DNA from: Parasitella parasitica NRRL 2501
Taxonomy: Eukaryota > Fungi > Mucoromycota
Assembly: GCA_025201805.1 (NCBI GenBank)
Contig: MU619299.1
Span: 1-64,000, forward strand
Reading direction: 5' to 3'
Length of the DNA stretch: 64,000 bases
A program made the translations under genes and the position numbers. The notes beneath the pieces were generated by a model. It had not been told where the DNA came from, made no database searches, and saw only the letters and a list, made by a program, of their open reading frames with translations. This document shows, one piece after another, positions 54,061-64,000 of the stretch. Each line of letters opens with the position of its first letter. Within the stretch, counting starts at the first letter, position 1.

Positions 54061-54679
54061 TTTGTAACGTTAAAGTATAATTATATATTGGGTAAAGAGA
54101 AGTAGTTGGATGGTGGGCATAGCTTTTATGTGTAAAGCAAAAATGAGACTAGACTACAAATAATCCCCATTACTGGCTCATATTGTAAGATTCTGTGCGC
54201 AATGGAGAGTCTGTTGTGCTTATCATTATCTATTGATATTATACCGCATAAATTTACATGAGTCAAATGCGCAAAAATTAATACAGTGGAATAAACGGGT
54301 TGAAGGTGAAAACCATATTTCATTATACCTATTGGTATTACGCACTGTCTAGAGGATCTCCTATTCTAGTTTATAACGCTGCTGGAAGGAGAATTTGTAT
54401 AGAATTCTCTTTCATTGACAACATTTTGCAATGGCCAGCACTACTTTTCATACAAGTCAATGTTATCTTTGAAGGATCTTGCGTTGAAAAGTTATATCCC
54501 AGGCGATACCATTAAGCCCTCGTGAATGTCTCTTTGTCATTAACAACCTACATAGCAACAGCGACTTTTCCTTCGAACAAGAACTGTATTATGGACTACA
54601 TTACATGTGTAAAATTTGCAACCATGTTTACTTGATTGAATGAAATAAAAGAATATGTATCATATGAACCTATGCTGTT

Positions 54680-55193
54680 GTAGAACCAAAGTACTTCAGT
54701 TCTGATCAAGAGGTACTAGCAAGAATACATTTCGAATTCAAAATCGACTTGGACAAGGCGAAAAAGATAGGCATTTCTTTAACTTCGATAAGTTTAAGAA
54801 GAACATGTCGCTTCTACTACATGTCATGCGCTTCCAGCAGAAGGTTGTAACCCAGCGACGCTGCATACTATCTATTGCCTCACTTAGGCATTCTATAACC
54901 CCAGCAACGCTGCATATAGAACCCTTTGACTTGAAGTAGAATCAAGGTAATTCATTTCTGATCAAGAGGTACCAGCAAGAGCACATTTTGAATTCAAAAT
55001 CGAGTTAGACAAGGCGACCAAAGACAGATATTTCTTTACCTTTGATAAGTTCAAGAAGAGCATGTCGCTTCTACTACATGTCATGCGCTTCCAGCAGAAG
55101 ATTGTAACCCAGCGACGCTGCATACTATCTACTGCCTCACTTAGGCATCCTATAACCCCAGTAACGCTGCATATAGAACCCTTTGACTTGAAG
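54680..55193 (+). repeat. Tandem duplication, two ~257-bp units
   Basis: Units start at ~54680 and ~54937 (gtagaa.caa.gta.ttca.ttctgatcaagaggtac); second halves are nearly identical. Confidence 0.9.
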
Positions 55194-55479
55194 AAAGCTT
55201 GTTTCTGAGGGAAGAGAATAATGTATTAAAAATTACAAAAACAAGCAATAATTGACTGATGATGTCAGCATAGATTTATCAAAATGTGAACGCGGACGAA
55301 TAGGCAAACCAACTTTTCAAACCAATGTCAGAGTATCGAGGAAAACAAGGTGAATCAATAGAGATACTTACATGTAGATCATAATATACTAATCAAAAGT
55401 TCAATTTTTTTACAGCATTACATAGTTATATAAATAATAACAGAGTTCCTTATTTCAATGATTTCATCACAGAGAACAA

Positions 55480-57615
55480 AATGAATTTCATGCAATGGCT
55501 GGAGTACAAGCAGCAGATAGAGCCAATGACCCTTTTTGCATTGTGGCGAAGCCGATTTGCAATGGCCCTACGAGATTATAAAAAGTTGGAGATGAAAGTA
55601 GAAGGGTAAGTAGCTTAATTACTTTGATTGATGTAATAATCTGATAATGAAATGTACGATTTACCAAAAGAAAAGGCACGTATAACAAGGCATTTTGGGA
55701 GGATATTTTAAAAGGGGCAAAGGCACTCGTAAGTTGCAAATTATTCACAACCATCAATATCTTGATATTAACCACAAAACAAAACAAACTACATTTAGTA
55801 TGATGCAAGAGTTACCTGCACGGTCAACGCAATTGGGGCCGCTGTGATGGCTACTGCTGCCGCCACTACTATGCTAGCCGAGTCCTTTACTACCACTGAT
55901 AATGAACTTGTTGCTGATTCCTCTACTTCCACTGTCGATTATACTACTACTACCGCAGGTAAAGAGAGTACAATAAGAACTGCTGCTGAAACTACCTCTC
56001 GAAGTTATGAAGCGACCAGCACTAGTACTATGACTCCCACCACTGGCGATGACACTATTGCTTCTGCACATCTTACCTGGGATAAGATACCAGCGGACGA
56101 TCATGAATCGCGCTTTCATTATTTGGCCCATAAAAAGGTAAGCGCCATATACTATTTCCATCAGAACTATGCTAGATGTTCTAATTTTTTTAAACAGTGT
56201 TCTCCAAGTGCGCTTTTAAATGAAGAAGAGAAGATGTATTTGAGTGATTACAAAAGCAATGGCTCTCCCAAGGCGGATCTATTATTTATTTGCGCATCTC
56301 TACTTTTGAAAGAAGAACTCACGTGTGAAGAGGATGCATTGCTCGAGTAAGTAATATAAATAAAAATACGTCTTGCCCATTTTAACGATAAATGTATGCA
56401 GATTGAGTCTTTCCGGAATTTACAACTATCTAAATCCATATATGAAGAAAGTGTACCAAGAGAAGTTGAATAGAGCACCGCCCTCCACAATAATAACTAC
56501 AACCACTGCCACCAATTCCGTTGCTGAAGTCATGACAAGCGTTCGTAATTTGCTCGACAGTGAGAAAGATATGGATGATATGCTGTATGAAGTACAGTTG
56601 GAAAAAGCCAGACTTGTCAAAGAGAAGCTGAGACACAGTGACATGTACAAGGCACTGGCAATTCTGGAGAAAGTGTAAGTAGAGCAATATACGGAAATCT
56701 TGAATATACTATTGACAACTGCCAACTACCATTAACAGAATTGAAGACACGCAGCTTTGGAACGAAGCGGGCGACGAGCAGGAGATGACCTTCTACCGAC
56801 GCTTCGCTAGCTATCTGGACACACTGCTAATTAAAACTGATCTGAATATGATCGAGTATGTGTATAGAACCAAATTTGATATTTCTCTAATCATATCCCT
56901 CTTATTTTTCTCAGTGGAGAAACTGGCTGCTCAAGCAGCAAAATTGCAATTGAAACTAACAAACAACTGTTCCACGTCGAAGATTCGTCAGCAACGTACG
57001 CACGCAAGAACATAGACTTATGTAGTAATGAGTGGAAGAGATCGAAGGTGACTTCAGAGTTGAAATTAAAGCAGCAGTCAAAAAATTTGCGCATAAATGC
57101 TTCCATCATGAACAGCTTGCATGCATTTGGTACCTCTCCCTCATCTCTTTTAGCAATTGATATGATAGGTGATGATATTGTGATTAACCGTAGCGGCAAA
57201 TTATTGACAAAATTATATTCTATAGGTTTACACGGCTATATCTACCTGTTGACAAAAGTGGATGACTACTTCGTTGCAACCCCCCACTCAATCCTTGTAA
57301 TACCAAGACGTTTTGCAGACATTGCATGTATTGAAAATACTCTCCTAGCTCTTTTTAAATTCAAAGTAAGTGTCTTTTTCTTTTACAAGTGCACGGCCGC
57401 GTTGAATTGACATCAAAATTTGATAGCATTTTTACACATCATTGGTTCCTGCATTAAGAAAGAGAATTGCTGCAACTGAGATTTACAGTGATATTGGAAG
57501 TGTTTGCGAGATGGATGCCGCTATCTCTGATAGTACTCATGTCAATCAAAATTTTATATTTTTTAAGTCTAAAAAAAGAAAGCATAGTGCCTCCGAGTCT
57601 GAAGAGGACAACTAG
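55480..57615 (+). CDS. Hypothetical multi-exon protein of a repeat-associated family, possible PD-(D/E)xK nuclease fold; 5' end uncertain
   Basis: EMTFYRRFA..LD, GET..SSK, IDLCSNEWK, QQSKNLRIN, IDMIG|LHGYIY; spliceable exons end at TAG 57613-57615. Confidence 0.55.
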
Positions 57616-57835
57616 AAACTCCCTCACATGAATATTTTCTTGTATTTTATTATTCTTTTTTTATTTTTTTCATCAATAAATTAGTACCATAGTATACCCT
57701 TTGCAGTTAATAATTATCATATAAATTTCATTCATGAATAGCTGGAATATAGTGCATTGACGTGAAATCCTGAGTTAAAGGTTGATTTGATCTATCATAG
57801 TCCAATATATCTTGTATAGTGCACATCTTATTTGA

Positions 57836-59185
57836 TGTCTTTATAAAGCCAGCGTAGACCTTGAGCGCCTGATCTTTTTTTTTTTTTTTTTTTTTTCGGT
57901 CAAGCGAACTTCAGTGTGTTATTGTTGGAAAAAAGACGAAAACTGTAAGAAAACAATTCTTTAGCGATCTCAAACAAAAACAAAAAAAATTAATTTAAAG
58001 TACTGTATTAGACTATGTGGCACTTTTTAACTACATATTTGCATAGCTTAGACCAAGTTTTTGTACTTTTTAAGTTGATATCAGTTAAACGTAACGACTT
58101 TCTTGACTTTTTTCAGAAAAGTATTTTTCAAAATCTGAGCGTGAGATTGTCAGGCTAGGTACAGACATGCAAGTACTACCATTAAATAGCCAAGAAGCAC
58201 ACAATTTAATAATCGAGGTTTCAATTGTTTTTCTTTTGAATTAGTTAAGTTATGGCTTCTCAAAGCTAATGCTTTCTTCAAAAAAAGCACCATTTTTCTT
58301 TGATGGCGGAGATTAAACGCATCTAAAATTAGGAAGAACAAATTCTTTCAAAAACTCCATTTGGACAATTCGAAACCAAAATTACTCTTTCGAGGCAAGA
58401 TATCATCTCCCGATACTATGCATACCACGGCTGTCAGTTTATGATAATAGATGTATTTTTCGGCGCTCTACAAGATGGTATCATTTCATAATCCTCGTAT
58501 GCTTAGAGAAGGAATTCTACCGAGAAAACCTCAAAAGCAAATTAAGAGGAAAAAATCAACATTTTGCTTAATCAAAGCGCATTTCTAGTCTTTTCAGATC
58601 AAGCAATGACCTTTTATGATCATTTTCCTCCAATATATGATATAGTAAAAAGTTGCATTTTTGAGGTCTAAAGTGAGGATAATGCATAATTGATGATTTT
58701 GGATGTGTGGATACAAGGAAAAAATTGAAAAATCTGTCATTTTGCATCGAAAAATAAATCATGCTCAAATTGCACCAAAATCACATATAATATAGTTGTT
58801 TCCCAATGGATACTATTTCTGGTGTTTTCAGGGCACTTTTGATTATGAAAATCAATCAAAAAATGGCACACGAAGCTAAGGTTTTTGATTTTAAGCTGTA
58901 AAAAATATCTATCTGGAGATGATATCAAGTCAATATCAATTCTATTACATGGCAAAGTCCTATAAAGTAAGTATAGTTGATACCACAAGAATACAATTTT
59001 TTAAGATACCATAATCAAACAGATGTGGCCGATTGAGTTGTAAGCAGAAGATAATAATTAATGAATACAATGTTTTGCTGTGATGACCTCTTTTGATTTG
59101 TGAATAATTCATAATTACCATTTTTAATTATGAGAATGCCTAATGTCAGTGATTTCAATGCTAATCATGTACAATAGAAAGTAGA
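57836..59185 (-). repeat. Dispersed ~1.35-kb non-coding repeat, copy A2 (inverted relative to A1)
   Basis: Reverse complement aligns with 23297-24665. Confidence 0.9.
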
Positions 59186-59509
59186 GTAGAGGTTAGGATT
59201 GAGGTTGAGGGTAATTGTATTAACAAAAAGTAAAGCTTCATAATAAGCTTCTGATAAATTCCAGGTTCCAGGCACTGCACTTTCAAGTATCAAACTCTGA
59301 CAAGGGGTAATTTGCTATACCAAACACATTTTTGCACACCAACCCGTCCTTGATATTGGATATGCTGACTTTACTCAACAGATGTAACATAAAATGATAA
59401 TGCGAAGTTACAAAAATAGAGATTGTCATTTGCTGAATCTTCTATGATTTTTCATTGTGTAAATTCATATTTTGACAGATACGTACAAATGAATGCTTTA
59501 TTAGTATAT

Positions 59510-59950
59510 ACAGTTTAATTTGATATTTTGATGGTTTTGATGGTTTTGTGGTTTTGTGGTTTTGTGGTTTTGTGGTTTTGTGGTTTTGTGGTTTTGTGGT
59601 TTTGTGGTTTTGTGGTTTTGTGGTTTTGTGGTCTAACCATTTTTTTTAGTTTAAATACCTATGCAGTTCTATAGACTTGTCTAAATATTTGGGTTTATAT
59701 AGATGTCTAATATCTAACGGAAATATCTGAAATAGTTAAATTATAGGTCGTTGGTGATTGTTCAGTTTTAGGTATCTAAAGTACATCCTGCAAAATGATT
59801 GCTTGATCAATAATTAGGGCATCGCAATTTCGCATATCATGTTGAGATTTTCCCTCTTCTTTGGTATTTTTAATCTAAAATAGAAATCCTACTTGAAATA
59901 TTCTTAAAGAGACATTTCTCTCTCAGAAACTTCTCAGCTTTTATCAAAAA
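59510..59950 (+). repeat. Left arm of long inverted repeat flanking XPB; contains (TTTTGTGG)11 at 59544-59631
   Basis: 59510-59934 reads as the exact reverse complement of 63576-64000. Confidence 0.97.
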
Positions 59951-60154
59951 TAAAAGGCTTGTTATCAGAAACCCTAATGTATATCATCTCAATCACCATG
60001 CCCTTTGTCATTTACTGGAATTTTTTTCCAGAAACCATAAAAAGACTGTAAATGCATATTGCTTTGTAAGAACGTGACTAGGAAACCAGCTCTACAGTAA
60101 TCCATCAACTGCGGTTTGGTCAACATTTTCTTCTTGGTTTTTACTCAATCCAAC

Positions 60155-63121
60155 ATGAGCAATAAGAGAAGAATTGATGGTATATACGTGCACATTGAGT
60201 CAGTTGGTATAACACACACTATAGCTGTTTACATATAAATGTAGAGCTCAGTGATGACGAAGATGATGATGATGTTCAATTAGATGATACTTTACAATCA
60301 AAGCTCTTTGGTAAATAAAGAAGATGTGTCCAACATTGTTGTAGCTTTGTATAACTTGTGTAATAGTTCCAAAAAATGCCAATCTCGAAATCAATTCTTT
60401 AAAATCAGGCAATGAAACCATTGTCGAGTCCAATAAGTCTGATTTCATTTCTCACATCTTTGGTCGTGAAGATTACACCAATCTCCCCTTAAAGCAAGAC
60501 CACGCCTCTAGACCTCTGTGGATCAGTCCTGAGGATGGGCATATTATTTTGGAAGGTTTTTCACCTATTGCGGAGCAGGCTCAAGATTTCTTGGTTGCAA
60601 TTAGTGAACCTGTCAGTCGGTAATATTGCTGTTGATTAAAATTTGGGTTTAACAGCGAAGAAACTCATAGTATATTCATAGGCCTGCTCACATTCACGAG
60701 TACAAACTGACACCCTATTCATTATATGCTGCTGTTTCCGTAGGTTTAGAGACGGAGGATATTATTGAAGTTTTGAATCGTCTTTGCAAGGTGCCTGTTC
60801 CTGATTCCATCACCCAATTTATTCGTCAATGCACATTGTCATATGGTAAAGTTAAGTTGGTCTTGAAGCATAATCGTTATTATGTCGAATCTTCTCATCC
60901 CGAGACATTGCAAATGCTACTCAAAGATGCTGTTATCAATACGGGTCGTATTGTACGGGACGAAAATGACCAAATTATCAGTGCACCTGCTGGGTCTGCC
61001 GCGCTCTTGGTCAACTCAAAACCCACAGGAAAAGATCTGGCTATTCCTGGTGTCAAAAACCCCACGAAAACAGACGATGGCAGCGTTGAGAAGATTAAGG
61101 AAATGACAGCCGAAGAAGATGAGCGAAAAAAAGAGGAAGAAAAGTTTTTTGGTGCAGTTGTAGGAATTGATAAAGAAGACGAAGAAGATGATTTTGGCGG
61201 GGAGCAGGTTCATTCGTTTGAAATTGCTGCAGAGCACGTAGAGGTAAATGTGTTTATTATATTTGTGATTTAGATGTAAATACTGATTTGGATGGTATCA
61301 CAGAACATCAAAAAAAGATGTAATGACATTGACTATCCCATGTTGGAGGAATACGATTTCCGTAATGACACAGTCAATGCAAATCTCGAAATCGACCTCA
61401 AGCCGACAACCACGATTCGTCCATATCAAGAAAAGAGTCTCTCTAAAATGTTTGGTAATGGGTAATGTATAGCGATCGATTTGATGTATAACTGAGAATG
61501 CTCAGACATTTTGCCAATAATAGCCGTGCTCGTTCTGGAATTATCGTTCTTCCGTGCGGTGCTGGCAAAACTCTTGTTGGCATCACTGCTGCCTGTACTA
61601 TTAAAAAGAGCTGTCTTGTGCTGTGTACATCTTCGTAAGCATCTCCCTACAATATAATGTCGCTTCTTGTTGCTAACCTTTCTTTGTAGTGTATCAGTCA
61701 TGCAGTGGAAACAGCAATTTTTACAGTGGAGTAGTATCAAGGAAAATCAGGTTGCTGTATTTACATCTGATTGCAAAGAGAAATTTTCTGGTGCATCAGG
61801 TATCGTAATCTCAACCTATTCGATGGTGGCAAACAAGCGTAAACGTTCGTATGATGCTCAAAAGATGATGGAGTTTTTGGAGTCTCGTGAATGGGGATTT
61901 TTATTGTTGGATGAAGTGCACGTTGTGCCTGCAAATATGTTTCGAACTGTTGTTACAACCATTGCTGCACACGCCAAGTTGGGGCTGACAGCTACCTTGG
62001 TTCGTGAAGATGAAAAGATTGATGACCTCAACTTTTTGATCGGCCCCAAATTATATGAGGCCAATTGGATGGATTTGGCCAGTCGTGGTCATATTGCAAA
62101 TGTACAGTGTGCCGAAGTATGGTGCCCGATGACGCCCGAATTTTACAAAGAGTATTTGTATGAAAACTCTCGAAAACGTACATTATTATACGTGATGAAT
62201 CCAAAGAAGTTTCAAGCCTGCCAATACCTTATTGGATACCACGAGAGACGAGGCGACAAGATTATTGTCTTTTCCGATAACGTATATGCTCTTATCGTAA
62301 GTTGTTGGACCTAATCCACAAAAGTATTAATTGACATAACCTTGTTGGTAGGAATATGCCAAAAAATTAGGAAAACCTTACATTTATGGTGGTACTGGTC
62401 AACAGGAGCGTATGCGTATTTTGCAAAATTTTCAATACAATCCTGCCGTCAGCACAATCTTTTTGTCGAAGGTTGGCGACACAAGCATCGATTTGCCTGA
62501 AGCTACTTGCTTGATCCAAATCTCTTCTCATTATGGCTCTAGACGGCAGGAAGCCCAGCGTTTGGGCCGTATTTTGAGAGCAAAGAGACGTAACGATGAA
62601 GGGTTCAATGCTTTCTTTTATTCGCTCGTTTCACGCGATACGCAAGAAATGTATTATTCTACAAAGCGCCAGCAGTTTCTAATTGATCAAGGTTATGCTT
62701 TCAAAGTTATCACAAATCTCGAAGGCATGGACAGTGATCCCGACATTGTGTTTAGAACTCATCAAGAGCAAATGGACCTTTTGAAGGCTGTATTATTAAC
62801 AAACGATGTAAGTTGTCGGCTTAAATCAGGTTGTTCCACTTACTAAGAGAAATATAGACTGATCTAAGAGACGAAGAGTTAATTAATGTGGATGATGTTG
62901 GTAAAATTACTGACCGCAAGGTCGCTGCCAAGAACCGAGCATCAGGCCTGGTTAAAAGACAAGTTACGACAACAAAAACTCTTGCTGGTGGTGATAACAT
63001 GGCCTACCTTGAATACAACCGCAATTCTGGCGGCCAATTTTCTGGTCGTGGCCGTGGCAATGGCGGCGCTCCTCCGAAGGAACATCACACGCTTTTCAAA
63101 AAATTCATGGGAAGAAAGTAG
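60155..63121 (+). CDS. SSL2: TFIIH helicase/translocase XPB
   Basis: [65 protein letters not shown]; exons appear spliceable with no lesions seen. Confidence 0.97.
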
Positions 63122-63559
63122 TTTTGACCAAATTATTAAAAGCCCTTTGTAAATAACCACATGTTTTTGTTACATAAGAATGGCACATTCTAAAGCAGCA
63201 GATTTATCATTATATTATCCTCTATTACAATCTTGGAAAAAAGAAAATATAGGCACTGTTTTATTTCACATGTCGCAGCAATTCACAACAGGAATCAGCT
63301 TTAAAAACAATGCATTGGCATCTACAAAAGTCGAATGGGTCGAAGCAGGCTGTTGGCATGAATCCTGCTTTTTCTTGACAAAAAGAAGTTCTTTTTAGTT
63401 TTTTCATATGACCAAAACGTAGAATTTAAACTATTTAGACCAGCAATATGGCCCTGATACGAAAAATAAATCCTTTGATAGTACTATAAGATCAAAAGTC
63501 CCTTTTGTGTGTGTGTGTGTTCCTTGAGGAAGGAGGGAACAACATTATAATCTATAGTC

Positions 63560-64000
63560 TTTTTAATAAAAGCTAAGAAGTTTCTGAGAGAGAAATGTCT
63601 CTTTAAGAATATTTCAAGTAGGATTTCTATTTTAGATTAAAAATACCAAAGAAGAGGGAAAATCTCAACATGATATGCGAAATTGCGATGCCCTAATTAT
63701 TGATCAAGCAATCATTTTGCAGGATGTACTTTAGATACCTAAAACTGAACAATCACCAACGACCTATAATTTAACTATTTCAGATATTTCCGTTAGATAT
63801 TAGACATCTATATAAACCCAAATATTTAGACAAGTCTATAGAACTGCATAGGTATTTAAACTAAAAAAAATGGTTAGACCACAAAACCACAAAACCACAA
63901 AACCACAAAACCACAAAACCACAAAACCACAAAACCACAAAACCACAAAACCACAAAACCACAAAACCATCAAAACCATCAAAATATCAAATTAAACTGT
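63560..64000 (-). repeat. Right arm of long inverted repeat flanking XPB (runs off the window); (CCACAAAA)11 at 63879-63966
   Basis: Mirror image of 59510-59950. Confidence 0.97.

Noticed and set aside
54120-54600. Possible decayed gene fragment
   Set aside because: Many stops and no identifiable homology.
59526-59631. CRISPR array or true chromosome end
   Set aside because: Contiguous 8-mer repeats without spacers, with non-telomeric sequence on both sides of each array.
626-63121. Apparent cluster of Pol II-related genes (NELF-C/D, PDRG1, TAF6, RAD6, XPB)
   Set aside because: Interspersed with unrelated genes; expected by chance in a gene-dense genome.

Overview
Gene-dense, AT-rich eukaryotic DNA with short GT-AG introns, long homopolymer runs and N gaps; gene content and structure fit an early-diverging fungus (Mucorales-like). 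About 25 protein-coding genes can be read: NELF-C/D (TH1), ArfGAP-UBA, phospholipase D, PDRG1, TAF6, RAD6, thiolase, WHI2-like, RPS6, OCA1-like phosphatase, a P450, a Zn2Cys6 TF, RPN8, RAB2, SPO11, EMC3, an aspartic protease, an LDH-like protein, a class I PDE, malic enzyme, CUB1/DUF2408, chitin deacetylase, XPB/SSL2 and three hypotheticals. Two repeat-rich islands (21.8-25.9 kb; 50.5-64 kb) hold a decayed DD34E Tc1 element, a MITE, transposase and reductase pseudogenes, a ~257-bp tandem duplication and a ~1.35-kb dispersed repeat present twice in inverted orientation. The most striking structure is an apparently intact XPB/SSL2 gene bracketed by identical inverted repeats of at least 425 bp that carry a telomere-like (TTTTGTGG)11 array. 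Also notable: a long-range stem in the RPS6 intron, overlapping or abutting convergent genes, and substitutions at normally invariant residues (LDH-like, PDE, Rab2). Family assignments come from motif recognition and exon boundaries were read by eye; no database search was run.
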